This document shows, piece by piece, positions 11,991-25,302 of a stretch of 64,000 nucleotides of DNA (position 1 is the stretch's first letter; each line of letters starts with the position of its first letter). The position numbers and the translations under genes are program-made. This stretch comes from the human T2T-CHM13v2.0 reference genome, Homo sapiens, in assembly GCF_009914755.1 (NCBI RefSeq), contig NC_060947.1; one strand, given 5' to 3'. The notes beneath the pieces were generated by a model. The model saw only the letters and a list, made by a program, of their open reading frames with translations. It had not been told where the DNA came from and ran no database searches.

Positions 11991-12659
11991 CCCAAACAAT
12001 GCTGTGAGAAACCCTGATCTATTCTTTTCCAAGTGTTATGCTGGCTTCAAGAAAACAAATTAAATCTCTAGGTGCATCACAAAACTAATTTCTCAGCTAC
12101 TCGTGGTTATGAAAGCCAGGCATCTCTCTTTTCTTATTATACTTCCAACTAGGGTCATTTCCTCCTAAGATTCCAGCTCCCTAGTGCCCTGAGGTTAAGT
12201 TAGAGCATTTCTCCTCACTTGCTTTCCTAATTGCTGGGAAGAGCTACCATACCTGGTTTTGCAACCTCTTCACTGTACCCTGGAGGGGCGCCATCTCAGT
12301 GGTGAGTCCAGTATTTTCTCTTTGCCACATGTTTTGTGGAGTCAGTAAAGTTTATAAAGTGCTTCATAAGCTGTTTGGACCTGAGGCATGGAATAGATTA
12401 CACAAACAGAATGGCATCCACATTGCAGGCAGGTGGTGAGAAATTTCCTCTCTATCCCTCCTACCTGCTCAAGTGCTGGGAAGAATTTGAGTGCAGATCT
12501 GCTGGGAAGACTTTGCAGAGAAAGGCTGAGCTGTTAAAAGAGTAAAGTCGATGACATAAACTGATAACATCTGCAGACAAGAACGGCGTGTCATGGGATG
12601 AGATGGATGGAGATGTTAGACGTTATGGTTTGAGTAGAGAAATCCATCAACCAGAGGTG

Positions 12660-12890
12660 TAATAATACCATTTACTAAGCATCTACTATAGGACAGGTCC
12701 TGAACTACGCATCTGCTTATATACCTTTTCTTATTCCATTTTTCATCACAATGACACAAGGGAAAGCATTTTTAATCTCCATACTATACTATACTATAGA
12801 AGGGGGAACTGAGGCTTAGGGAAATGCAGCGAATTTGTTCCTTATCATATGATTACCAAATTGAGACTCTGAGATTCAAAGCCAGCTTTC
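12660..12890 (-). mobile_element. MIR SINE
   Basis: 'taccatttactaagcatctactat...gggaactgaggcttagggaa...gagattcaaagccag'. Confidence 0.7.
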
Positions 12891-14107
12891 CAGCTATCTT
12901 CTTGCCAGTATACAGCTTTTGCATTCATTAATATCTAGGAAGGGAGTGAAAAGGAATAGAAATGAAGAGGAGAAGATGTATGACTGAGGCTGTAAACAAA
13001 AATACTTTCCTGGCTTAACTTAGCATCAAGTTTTGGGATATTCTTGCTATCATATATTCTTCTTTTATGTTGTGCCTGGAAAATGTTTTCATTTCTGCTA
13101 AAGCAATAAGATTTTGTAAACAGATGGGGATAACATTTTGAAAACAATAACTCAAAATATATATTTATTTCCCTTTCCACCTTCTTGTGAGTCATAAGAT
13201 TTATGGCCAAGGAAAAAATGGGAGGAATTAAAGATCATACACAAAGAAGGAGAAAATGGGGGAGAGATGCATCCTCTCCACTGGGACAGGAAGTTCTTTA
13301 GGTTCTGGGAGAAAGATCAAAGGAAAGAGAAAGCTGTTGAAAAGATCAGTCACCAGTATCCTTGCTTCTTCCCATGCTAATGGCTGGATATGCATTAGTA
13401 AAAAAATCCACATAGTTTGTTGGGTGATGCCCAACAAAGGGGATTCATGTCCTACCTTCTATTTAGGACACTGGGGAGAAACTTCACAGGGTGCCCCCAC
13501 CTGCGCACAATACTCATGGAATGTTCCAGAAGATAACCTAGCTTTTATTGAATTCATTTTTTTTGAAATCTGCCATGGTGTTCAGATGTAACTGCTTTAG
13601 ACAGCTTTTAATTTAGTTTTTCTAGTGCAGAGTTCTCCTCACCAATTGTATTTTGGAAACACATACATGTTTTTTTTTTTTTAGTCTTTTTGCTCTAGTA
13701 GCATAACACAATGAATCAAATTTCATGAAAGGCCAGAAAAATTTGACATCTTCTCTGGGTGCTGAAACTTGTGGTTCCTTATATGCCAAGGGGTAGAATT
13801 GGATCTCCATTGCCTGCTCCCATTCCTGATGATGAAGCATCAATGTGGGCCATGCCATTAACACTTCATGTCCACAGTAACAACACCCAAATATAGGGCA
13901 GACAGAGGTGGTGGTGCTTCCTGTGGCTTAAGAGCTGTTTTGCTTGAATTCACCTTGCTTTAAGAAAGTGATGTAGAATATTGCAATTGTTGGGTGTATT
14001 GAATATTGACAATAATTCAAGAATGTCTGAAGCTACTTGGTTTTCAGGATGTTTCCTGATGTTTCCTTGGTGTTATCACTATGCCCTGGCTCTCAGCTTT
14101 GGGTACT

Positions 14108-14592
14108 TGGTAGACTGATTGCAAGGATGGCTCAGTTTGTTCATGGCTTCCAGTATTCATTTCCTTTAATAGTGCCCACATTGACTCTAGGATTAGCCTT
14201 GTGGCTTGCTTTGACCAATGGGACAATAGCATACACGACACAAGCAGAGATTTGAAAGTGCTTATGCACTGGGGCTTGTCCCCTTGGTGCCCTTGGAATC
14301 TTGCCACCAGGCCCAGATTAGCCTGCTGGAGGATGAGATACCATGTGGAGGAGAGCTGAGACACCCCCACTGACAATCAGCTAGCCTCTAGTCAGCTTAA
14401 CAGTAAATTACAGCTACATGTGTGAGCCCATGTGAGACCTCAGCAGAGGTCAGCCAGGCTGGCTCAAATTAGCAGTACCAGCCAGTTTAGCTCAACCTAA
14501 ACTGATGACCCACAGAATCATGAGCTCAATATATAGTGTGGCTTTACACCACTGCATGTTTGTGATGGTTTGCTATTCAGCCAAATTAATAC
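14108..14592 (+). mobile_element. MLT1G/H-like MaLR solo LTR
   Basis: 'gtggcttgctttgaccaatggga...agcctgctggaggatgagataccatgtggaggagagctgag...gacccacagaatcatgagc...ggtttgctattcagc...taataca'. Confidence 0.8.
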
Positions 14593-14908
14593 AGATGTCA
14601 AGAATATGATTTTGTCAGTGTACTCAATTATCTAGTGTTGGGGGGATGACCTCATGAAGGACGGATGAATGAAACCATACACATTTATTAACATACTAAG
14701 TAGCAAGACTGAGAGATAGACAGGGTGATTGTTAGTGCATTTTTTTCTTTAGGAGAGTTTTCATGGGAAGCCAAATTATACTCAAAATGCAGCCTAGATA
14801 GCAAAAATTCAGCGTGAGGGTGGTGATTGCTTGGTCTCAGGGCTAACTTGCTGCATCCACATCTACTCAATAGTATGGTAGATCTTAAAAATGAGGGAGG
14901 GAGAGAGG

Positions 14909-14910
<2 letters not shown>

Positions 14911-14968
<58 letters not shown>
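14911..14968. repeat. Perfect (GA)29 microsatellite within a purine tract (14893-14968)
   Basis: Read directly from the sequence. Confidence 0.98.
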
Positions 14969-14972
<4 letters not shown>

Positions 14973-15239
14973 GACCAAGTATATCCAAGAGTGGTCAGAG
15001 CCTCTCTTCCCTGGAGAGGCTGAAGTCACATGTGCAGATTCTTCCAATTTGGTCTCTCCTTTCCTAGAATCCATGAGAACTTGATTAAATATGCCTTTCC
15101 AAAGTTACATCCAGGATAATTTGCTTACACTTGGAAATTATTACATCCTACAAATCGGTTTTTATGTTATGTTGCTTCTGTGACATTTTGTGTTTAAGAT
15201 TTTAACTCATGTATGTTTTAATATTTAATGCTATGTGAG

Positions 15240-15545
15240 AAATGGATTGAGTTGAGACGGATGGTTCATGGAGACTGGTCAACAGGTTACTGCAGTGGTC
15301 CAGGCAAGGGGAATGATGATGAAGATTAAGCTGCTAGCCACACAGAGGGAGAGAAGTAGATGGTGGCCCAGGCAAGAATAATGATGACTTGGACAAGGTT
15401 GTTAGCTGTATGATGGAGAAAATTAGATGGATTCAAAGAGTCTGTAGGCAGGGCAGTCATGATTGGATGAAGGTCGGGGGCAGGGGAGGAATAAAGGGTG
15501 ATGCCTGGTTTTTGGATGGAATAGTTTGGTGGTGCTATTTGCCAC
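15240..15545 (-). mobile_element. L2 LINE fragment
   Basis: 'aggttactgcagtggtccaggcaag...gattggatg...ggaataaagggtgatgcctggtttt'. Confidence 0.65.
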
Positions 15546-15719
15546 ACAAGTTATATACCTTTATGTTTGTTTTTTGTTCTATGGAAAAAAAAACACAGGG
15601 GCTCAAAGGTGTTATAAGTGTGACTTGGGCACAGTTCTGGCACCATTAAGCCCTCAGTAAGTGTCAAGCTTTATTTCTATTGCCTAGCCATACAGCTAGT
15701 CTGTCTCCAAAATCGATAT

Positions 15720-15890
15720 GCAAGCACTTCTCAAACTTTCATGTGCTTACAAATCACATAGCATCTTGCTAAAATGCAAATTCTGAATCAGCAGGTGTGG
15801 AATGGGGCTTTAGATTTATTATTTCTTATAAGGTCTTGCATGAGGCTGCTACTGGTGGTCCATAAGCCATTCTCTGAGTAACAGGAGCCT
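15720..15890. mobile_element. MER5A/B (hAT-Charlie)
   Basis: 'cttctcaaactttcatgtgc...atcttgctaaaatgcaaattctgaatcagcaggt...ctactggtggtcc'. Confidence 0.75.
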
Positions 15891-16988
15891 GGAGCACTTA
15901 CATGAACATGGACCTATCATAAACACTTGAATAGTAGTAATCATGTTACTTTGGCACTAGGAATAGAGGAGGTAGGGTATGAAACTCTGTCAGGGTAAGA
16001 TACTGGGACACCCAAATCAGGTACTGAGCAATAGCTATGGATTTTAACCTTTTTGGTGAAATTCAAATCTTTAGATGAGTTAATCTTCTCAGAAGAAACA
16101 TTAGAATAGTTTTCTTTTGAACAAGGTGTAGAAGAACCATTGTGAGCCTTCCAGCAGAGACCTAGAGTAGCCTTGCATAGCATAGAATGCCCTTGAAATG
16201 CAAGTGACTGAACCACATTTGACATCTTTAATGGACGAAGACTCACCCCTCTTTTTGTCCAGTAGTTGACAGAACACAAAGAGCCAAAGAAGCTATAGCA
16301 GGCTGTCAGAAAATATTCAACTACATTAGGCCAGGATCAGTTCACTTGCTCAACAATTTAACCCAGGATGTTGTTGACAGATTTCTTAAGCAGCTCCATC
16401 AAACTGCATGCAACCTGACAGCATTTTGAAGTTCTAAGCCTGTGTTTTTGTCAAAGATAAACATTTTAAGTTGATTTTTCTTAGGGGGTGGGGTGTCAAG
16501 GTATGAAATAGTTTTTATGGGCTGTCAGAAATCATAGTGAGTTAATATCAGAAGTGATTTTGATCACCAAACTTTAGGCTGGAAAAAATGTAGAATCCAT
16601 AGAGGTCACCAAATCTCAGAGCCGGTAGGAGCTGAACATAAACTCTCGTTATGCAATTGAGAAATGTGACTCAAAGAGGTGAAATGACTTTCAGTAAGTC
16701 ATGCAACTAGTGAATGACCATCCTTAATATAGTTTCCTGTTGCTACTGATGGTGCAAAATAATCATATTGTTAAACTCTAAGAGTTAGAATTTGGCAAGG
16801 CCCCCATTTCCCATGGAGAGATTTACTAAAAGTACTTGGAGCACTGAAAACAATAGGATCCCCCCTACAACCCAGATGAAAGGCTTTGACCGTCATCCCT
16901 CCTTGAGAAATTAAATGAGATTTAGAAGCAGTCCATATTCCACAAACAGGAGACTCCTGGCATTATCATTAGAAGGCAGGATAAATTA

Positions 16989-17312
<324 letters not shown>

Positions 17313-17669
17313 TTAAATCAAATGAAGAAATTTCTTCTGCTTTCTTCTAGAGGTTAACATGAGCTAAAAGACACTCCATGAGAAAGATGGGATGATGGTC
17401 CTTGCTTGATAAGGACTCCTGCCCCCGCAAGTTCTTTAGGGATGATAAATATGTGTTCCATACATTCATTATATAGCAAAAATTAGTGTCTATACCTTTG
17501 ATTTTCTCTGGTTTTAATTCTATTTTTCGTCCTTCAGTTTTATAGTAAAATTCCTATGGAAAAACATTGAGCTCTCTTTTAGATGACCTAAAAGGGTATT
17601 GGAAGAAGGGTATTGGTTCATACCTAGGCTACAATAGCCAGGACCCTGGCTTGTAGGATTACAGTGCGG

Positions 17670-18340
17670 CACCCAGCATGGCACCCAAGGCCATTAATGA
17701 TCTGGCTCCTGCCTTGGAAACACTCACCTGCTGTTTCGCCATGGGGTACCATATTTCTTTTCAAAATGTATCTTTTTTTTCTCCCTAATTCTGTGTCTTT
17801 GGACTTGCTTTTCAATCTTCCTGGATATCCAATCTCCCCTTCCTTTCTACCCAGTGAACCTTTGTTCACCCAATTAGACCAGGTCAGTCAGTGTCTCCTC
17901 CTCTGTGAAGGCCTCTGCAGGGTTCCGGGTCAGAAACAGTGGCTCTGTCTTCATGCTATTTATAGGACTCTGCTCTTACCCTAACCATAAGGTTTTATTA
18001 TTACTCATTTACATGTGTGTTTCTCTGTCTGTTCATTCAAATCACTTGGAGAGTTCCAGAAAGAAAACCTCTGTCTTGTCCTCACCCTAGAGATTCTGAT
18101 TCAGATGATCTAGAGTGGGGCAAGGGCACTGGTATTTAATCTGAATCCAAGTGATTTTAATGTGCAGGCAGCATTGAAAAATACTATGATTAGAATGTCA
18201 GCTCTTTGCAGAGACTGTGCTTATTTATCTTTTTCATTATCCCTCTCTACAAACTGCCGAACTCAGTGCCTGGCAGCCGGACTTGTGTAAGTCCAGGAAG
18301 TCAAGGCAGTCAAAGTAGGCTCTCAGTACATGATTGCTCC
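17670..18340 (+). mobile_element. L2 3' region interrupted by a MER5 element (~18035-18188)
   Basis: 'agcatggcacccaaggcc...tgatctggctcctgcc' and 'tagaatgtcagctc...cagtgcctggca...gtaggctctcagtacatgattg'; MER5 'cctagagattctgattcag...gtgattttaatgtgcag'. Confidence 0.65.
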
Positions 18341-18609
18341 CTTTGCCGAATGATCCACCTTCTCAAAAGGGCTTTAAGTCCAGAGGGAGAGGATAACTAC
18401 ACAAGCATCACAAAGAAAAATGTGGCCAACTTCCTGGTTTTAATTAATTTGATTAACATCCAAATCCAATTATGTTTTAAAAACCTACAAGAAGCTGCCT
18501 AGAGAGTCATTTGTTTGCTACTAAGAAGGGCAGAAGTAGGAGGAGGTAAGTACCTCCAGTTTGTAGCTGGGGTGATGTTCTGCAAGGTAACAAGGTGCTT
18601 TGGCAAGGC

Positions 18610-18860
18610 AGTGTAAACACAAGTGGACACTAGAGCTGTACTGGCTGGGTCCAGCTCCCAACTTTGTCACTTACTAGCTCTGTTATCTGAAGTTACTTCA
18701 CCTGTCTGTCCTCATTTTTCTTATGAGCAAAATGGCATGCTGATGTTAATACTGGGCTTCTTAGGATTATGATGATGTTAAGTTCATATGCATAAGGCAC
18801 CTAGGACAATGTCGATGGGTAGTAAACTCTCAATACATATTAGCTTTTTTTGGTTATTGT
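18610..18860 (+). mobile_element. MIR SINE
   Basis: 'cacttactagctctgt...agttacttcacctgtctgtcctcatttt...tagtaaactctcaatacatattagct'. Confidence 0.8.
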
Positions 18861-19611
18861 TATTATTTGGGCAAGTGGAAGCTTCGCTGGAGTAGTGAAC
18901 TTGTGGAGTTAAGCCAGTCACCTAGAAATCTTTAGCCATCAATATTGGCTGGGGCAGTATCAGGCATAGAAGTAGATAAATGCAGCCTTATTATTGTCCT
19001 CTGTTCTCTGTGTTTGTCCAGCATCTTTGATCAAATGTGTTAGAAAGAACTGCTGCCTTTTATCTTTAAAATATAAGTGAAAAAGTGTTAGGAAGATTCC
19101 TTGGGGCACCTTGTCCATTTGACTAGAGAATGACCAATGATGGCGCTCAGCTTTTTAAAGGGAGCCTCAAGTGCATCATTTAAGCACAGTTGTCTTGGGG
19201 CCTTTGGCCCAGAATACCATGCTTTCCTACATTCCTGCTGGGGGCAATTTCAGGTCTAAAGATTTATACGTATTTTTTTCCTCTATCAATTGTTTTTCTT
19301 AGGCAACCCTGAGAACAGAATGCATATTCCTGTTAAACTTGTTTCCTTCAAAAATAATGTTGATTATTGATTCACAGAAAATATATTTCATGACAGCCTT
19401 CCTGAAGTTCTTACATGACTTTGCAGGAGAATTAACACTTTGACCACCACCTGTTCTATTTAATATCGACTACAGCCACCAACTACATGCCAAACAGAAA
19501 TCGTAATTTTTTTCTGGGTTCAATCTCAACATGTACCCAATTTCCAATTGACAAACCGGATTTAATTAAGGAGGAAAACAGAAAATATTATACACATTTA
19601 ATATTTCGGCC

Positions 19612-20137
19612 TAGGGGTTGGCAAACTCAGCCCTACTTGTTGTTTTAAATAAAGTTTTATTGGAATGCAGGCAAGGCATTCTCATTTGCTTACATATTGT
19701 CTATGAGCCATTTTTATGCTACAGTGGCAGAGTTGAGTAGTTGTAACAGATCGAATGGCCTGCAAAAATGAAGACATTCTCTCTGCCCCTTTTCAGACAA
19801 AGCTTAGTGTTCTCATTGTTCAATTCCCACCTATGAGTGAGAATATGCAGTGTTTGGTTTTTTGTTCTTGCGATAGTTTACTGAGAATGATGATTTCCAA
19901 GTTCATCATGGACACAGGAAGGGGAACATCACACTCTGGGGACTGTTGTCGGGTGGGGGAGGGGGGAGGGATAGCATTGGGAGATATACCTAATGCTAGA
20001 TGACGAGTTAGTGGGTGCAGCGCACCAGCATGGCACATGTATACATATGTAACTAACCTGCACATTGTGCACATGTACCCTAAAACTTAAAGTATAATAA
20101 TAAAAAAATTAAAAAAAAAAGGCTTAGTGGTTCCTGT
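19612..20137. mobile_element. MER58A (hAT-Charlie), interrupted near its end by an L1PA2
   Basis: 'aggggttggcaaact...aaataaagttttattggaa...cagtggcagagttgagtagttgtaacaga...tggcctgcaaaa'; last few bases 'gttcctg' lie beyond the L1. Confidence 0.85.
19807..20121 (+). mobile_element. Short L1PA2-like insertion with 5' inversion (twin priming)
   Basis: 19807-19907 antisense L1, 19908-20120 sense 3'UTR plus poly(A); 'gctagatgacgagttagtgggtgcagcgcaccagc'; TSD gcttagtg at 19802-19809 and 20122-20129. Confidence 0.95.
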
Positions 20138-20359
20138 CCTAACTCATTTACAGCTCTTTTACTTACAGAGAACTTTGTTCAATCCAAATGCAATTCTGTA
20201 GCCAGTGACAGGTGTTTGCAGTGAGGAACCCAGAGATTCATGTACTGACATGCTCTGTCACCTGAGTACTTAGTGGTGAGCCCCATGAACCCTCTCTTCT
20301 GGCTCTTGTTTGTTTCTACTGTTGCTGGAATGCTCTAGATTCTGACCAGCACTTGCTGA

Positions 20360-20880
20360 GACCCCTGCAGTGGCTTCCTAAATAGACTTCCAGAGTCTCT
20401 AAACCATCTTCAGTAGTGCTGTCAGCATTACCTAACACATGGGATCCTGCCTAAAGCTCCTCAATGCACCCCCACACACCCTCATAGCTATTGTAGGCCT
20501 TAGCATGGAATTTGAGGCTCCTCAAGATTGGGCCTCAGTTTGCCTTTGTATTCATTCTCACCTGCTGACACTTTATAGCCCTCTGACTCTAGCCACCCTG
20601 GCTGCTCGCTGTTGCCAGACCATTGTCATATTTTTATTCCGCCTTTCCCATTTGGATATCTGAAATGCTCTGCGTTGCTCACTCAGCTTTCAGATTCAGT
20701 TCAAATGTCACATCAAATGTGAAATATGTCCTTTTCCTTTTCCCCATGTGTATACTCCTAACGTTGCCTTTCCTACATTGCATTATAGCAAGTGTTTATT
20801 TGTTTATCTTTTTCTAGCAGACTTAGAATGCTTGTCATTGAATCCGAAGTATTTGCACAAAGTGAGCAACAATAAACACT
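20360..20880 (+). mobile_element. Degenerate L2 fragment
   Basis: 'cctgcctaaagctcctcaatg...ccttagcatggaatttgaggctcc...ctctagccaccctggct...cagttcaaatgtcac'. Confidence 0.6.
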
Positions 20881-21839
20881 TTTTTTTGTTATCAATTAGT
20901 AAAATCTCTTTTTTCAGGCTCAAAATTACCTTTTTCCTTATTCTCAAGTACTTCCAAGCTGTCTGACAGATTTCATTTAAACTTCTTAGAAAAGGAATCA
21001 TTACAGAAGTCATTATTATTTGAGGAATAGGTTAAAAATACACATAAGGACCTGTGGTTGAATAAATCATTAATATGATTAACATGATGTATCACATCAA
21101 GCGGTGGGTTCTTTATTTTCTTGTGTGGCAGGGTAATGATGAGAAAGTGTGCTCCTAGCACTAAGGGGCCATTTACCTGGCCTTTATGGAATTGTTTTAT
21201 TACAGCCAAGCTTATGTTAAAGATATGGGACTTCTCAATGGCTTCTCAAATTTCTCACCAGGTGTCAAGCTCCCGCAGAGAAGGAGAATGAGAAAAGCTT
21301 GTGAGTTTCATGCCACCAAACCCTAGCAGTCTGGCACCCTTTGGCCAATGTTGAGGACTTCTGTCCTATTGTTCACCTACCTGCCATGGTGAAAAAGATC
21401 AGGAGTATAGGCTCACAGTGCTGATTTCTTAAAAGGAGCAAAAGTCTCTGAGGATCAGGAAGGATGTATGTCACGAGAAGTAGTCCTTCTCAGCTGGGAG
21501 ATGTAGCAAAATACCATACAAACAATGAGAAAGGCAGGCCTGGGGAAGGAGTTTGATGAAGCTCCCCAGGTAATTCTGTTATGACTGCCAACCCCAACCT
21601 TGAAAACAGCTGTGGTAGAAGCCCCTTAAACACTGTCTTTAGTTTCAGCTTTTGTTCCGGACCAATGAGCTCTGAGCTAGCTAGCAGAATAGGAGTGACC
21701 CACTTAAATACCCTCAGTTTGAAGCTCAGACAGGTCAAATGAGACATTTAGCAGCCACGACTAATAAAGGGAGAAAAGGTACATGCTTGTTGGTTCTATA
21801 AAGGAAAAATGAGAAGTGGCCCCATCCTTTCCCTTATTT

Positions 21840-22238
21840 TGTTATGGGCTGAGTTGTGATCCCTAAAATACATATGTTGAAGCCCTAATCCCCAGTACCT
21901 CAGAATATAAGTGTATTTGGAGATAGGGCCTTTAAAGCAGTGATTAAGTGAAAATGAGGCCATTGGGATGTGCCCTAATCCATCCAGACTAGTGTCCTTA
22001 AAAAGAGAGATTAGAACACACAGGGATATGTCAGGGATGCACGTGTACAGAGAAATGACCATGTAAAGAGGTGGCAAGAGACTGGCTATCTGCAAGCCAA
22101 GGAGAGAGGCCTCAGAGGAAACCAACTATGTTGGCGCCTTAATCTAGGACATCTAGCCTCCAGAATTGTGAGAAATATCTGATGTTTAAGCCATCCAGTC
22201 TGTGGTATTTTGTTATGGTAGCCGTAGTGAACTAATAC
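21840..22238 (+). mobile_element. MLT1A/B-like MaLR solo LTR
   Basis: TG...CA ends: 'tgttatgggctgagttgtg...gtatttggagatagggcctttaa...gcaagccaaggagagaggcctcagaggaaacc...gaactaataca'. Confidence 0.92.
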
Positions 22239-22964
22239 ACTCCCCTTCTCCTAATGTTGGTTCCAAGGCATGGCACTATTCTGGTCTGCTATTTCTCCTC
22301 CCTTCTGGAGGGATGTGGCTGGCAATGGGCATGATGGCGATAACCATTGTCCTGGCATCTGGATGACCCAGCCTCAGGTGTGCAAAGCATAGTTTACACA
22401 AACACATCACATCCCATGAGTTACACTCAGAACAGCTCCAGCTTCCAGGGACTGAGCTGTCATAGAATGTTATCCCCTCTTCTAACACAGACCCCTTGTC
22501 CCATCCTCCAGAGCAGGGGAGGATCTCTGCCATGACTATTAAATGTGAATTGAGAGCTTATCTCTCATTGGTTCATTTTCTGTAAAATCCACTTGAGCGA
22601 CCCAGGGCTGTAATTACTGTTGCTTAACTGCTTTATCTTGTTTGAGAAGACAAATTTTAGCAATGCTGCGAAGTAAATCATTTTTGTGGCCACATCATGC
22701 TGACTAATACAACATAATCTCAAATTAATTATTCAAAAGAGTACATTCCCAGCCCAAGCATATTCAGCATTTTTGTAGTTTGCCTGTAACCAATATGAGA
22801 TACTCAAAGCATCTATTATGACTTTCCCATAATTCCGAAAGCTAAATATGCAACATATTCTTGAGAAGATTTCTCATATATTAACTGACACCTGTTTTTC
22901 TTTCCTCAACCTCCATGGAGAGGTAATTAAAAAACTATTTTAATAACAACACTTAGAATACTAG

Positions 22965-23110
22965 ATAACAAGTATTGAGCACTTCTGTGGGTGGGATAGT
23001 GTGCTACACACTTAATCTGTTATCTCATTAATTAATTTTAAAGATAATTTTATGAATTAGTTGCTATTAATGTTTCCATTTTGCAAATGAGGAAATGGAA
23101 ATACAGAAAG
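22965..23110 (-). mobile_element. MIR fragment
   Basis: 'tattgagcac...tatctcatt...ccattttgcaaatgaggaaatg'. Confidence 0.65.
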
Positions 23111-23249
23111 ACTATCAAAACTGTCTTATTATAGGACATTATAGAATAAAAGACCAATCTTATAAAGCATTTTATCAAGAGATCACCATCAGCTTTGAAC
23201 ATATTTTATTTTCAATTAAAAAATGCTTTTAAAAATCTACACAGACCTG

Positions 23250-23420
23250 AGGAACAGTGTGGCACATTGAGAGAAAGAACACAGTCTTTGGAACCAGACA
23301 GTATTGGTTTAAAATATTAACTCTGCCCTTGACTAACTCCATGACCTTGGAAAAATTACTGAACTTAGCCAAGCATCAATTAATTCAGCTATAACTGGGG
23401 CTCATATGACACCCATTGCA
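23250..23420 (+). mobile_element. MIR 5' part, cut by an L1M fragment
   Basis: 'gaaagaacacagtctttggaaccagacag...ctctgccc...atgaccttggaaaaattactgaac'. Confidence 0.7.
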
Positions 23421-23825
23421 GTATACAAGTTTTTAGGTGTATATATGTATTCACTTCTCTTGGGTAGATACTTAGGAGTAGAATTTACATTTACCTTTTT
23501 AAGATACTGCCAAGCTATTTTCCAAAATGGCAGTATCATTTTACATTCCTGTTGACCATGTACAGCGTTCTTGTTTCTTCACACTTGTAATCATCTGTCT
23601 TTTGATTACAGCCATTGTAGTGGGTGTAAAGTGGTACCTCATTGTGGTTTGAATTGGCACTTCCCTAATGACTAATGATGTTGAACATCTTTTCATGTGC
23701 TTAGTATTCATTTGCATATATTCTTTGGTAAAATGTGTATTGACATCTTTTGCCCATATTTCAATTGTGTTATTTGTCTTATTATTGAGTTATAAGAGTT
23801 CTTTGTATATTCTGAATAAAAGTCT
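23421..23825 (-). mobile_element. L1MB/MC ORF2 3' fragment
   Basis: 'gtggtacctcattgtggtttgaattggcacttccctaatgactaatgatgttgaacatcttttcatgtgc'. Confidence 0.85.
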
Positions 23826-23924
23826 GTGAAATTCTTTCACATAAATTGTGAATTGTCTAACATCAAGTTTGCCACATTATACAGGGCATCTAATAAATAT
23901 TTGGCAAGAATGATTCTGATTATG

Positions 23925-24040
23925 CTATTCAATTCAATTCAGCAGGTTTTTATTGAGTACCGACTGTGTGCTAGGCATATTTTAGGTGTTGGAGATTCAG
24001 TAGAGAACATTAACAGACAAAAATCTCTGCTCTCAAAGAG
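23925..24040 (-). mobile_element. L2 3' end
   Basis: 'attcaattcaattcagcagg...tattgagtaccgactgtgtgctaggca...acagacaaaaatctctgctctca'. Confidence 0.8.
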
Positions 24041-25064
24041 GTGAGGAGTAATCATTAATAGTTGCATAGCTATTAGACGGAGAAAGCTGGGATTTGGGAT
24101 AGGCCTTCTCCTCTGAGACTCTGGCTCTCAGCCACTACTCTGAACATCCTAGGCCTGAGTGTAGTCAAATGTGCAGAACCTTTGCCCAAGAAGCTAATGC
24201 TTAATATGCTGTAATTTTTTTTTATCTCCATTTGGTAGTATGGAAATCCTAAATTCCAGAAGCTATCTATATTTAAAAGTAAAAACTGACATAGAATGGA
24301 AGTTTATTTATTTGGGTTAATCCTATAGAATAGATTATTGTTATACATGCCTAACATATGTAACTGTATTTTTTTTCTTCCAAAGGCTTAACCTCCACCA
24401 GAAACTTACTAGCTGGGTCATAGTTCAGCTCTCTCTTTCTCTCCGAGACAACACTCTTCTTTTCTCTTTTGCCATATTTTTAGCCTAAGAACTCGTTACT
24501 CAGAAGTTCTGGGGACCAACCCCACCAGATTTTAGGAAATGTTAGGAAATTTCATTCCCTATCTTTAGGAAGCGGGCCACTGAAAGATCCAGTGGAGTCA
24601 GTCCTTTGCCTTGGTGTCAAGAGAGTTTCCTCTCAGGATGGCAGAGAGGTGAGGAAACCTTTGATTACAATGTCTTCCCAGACCAGCCCTCTATTTGCAG
24701 CAGCCTCAGCAGCCTTCTCTGGTGAGGTGGCGCCCTACATCTCAGGTCTCAGCAGTTTCCAGGAACATCTCTTCTTCCTGGTGGTGATAGCATTTCAAAT
24801 GGCTGCTCCCAGTTGTTGCTTCTGCTGACTGTTCTCCTGAGTTCTGCCCTCCAGGACCATTTCTGGCAACTCTAGATATCTCCACAGAAGGTTCCCTGCT
24901 GAGTCTTCTGCTCTTTCAAAATGTGCTTGACATAGAGCTGCTTTTAGGATGAGACCTGGCGATAACATCCCAGGTGGTCACAATTGGAGCTGCTCCCTCT
25001 GGCAGCACTGTGAAGGTCTCCTGAAAGGGTACAGACGAGGCAGGGAGACAGCATTCTCATTAAG

Positions 25065-25302
25065 TTGAGGACACAGAATTCTATATCAGACAGACCTATC
25101 CAAGATAGCTCTGCCCTTTTCTAGTTGTATGATCTTGGGGGAAGTAACTTAATCTTTTGTAGTAGTCAGTTTCCTCCTGTGTAAATGAGAGAATAAATGT
25201 TCCTATCTCATTGGGTTGCCTTGAGGATTAAATGAGATAATTCATTAGAAGCATTTAGTGTCTGACACATTATAAGCACCGAGTAAATATTAGCTACTAT
25301 GA
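25065..25302 (+). mobile_element. MIR SINE
   Basis: 'tcagtttcctcctgtgtaaatg...cctatctcattgggttg...gaggattaaatgagataa...gtaaatattagctact'. Confidence 0.85.

Noticed and set aside
12278-12305. CTCF-like 'ccctggaggggcgccatctcagtgg'
   Set aside because: Core spacing is off by one base on both strands, so the match is poor.
14688-15084. ORFs with SLSLSL or ERERER runs
   Set aside because: Artefacts of the (GA)n microsatellite.
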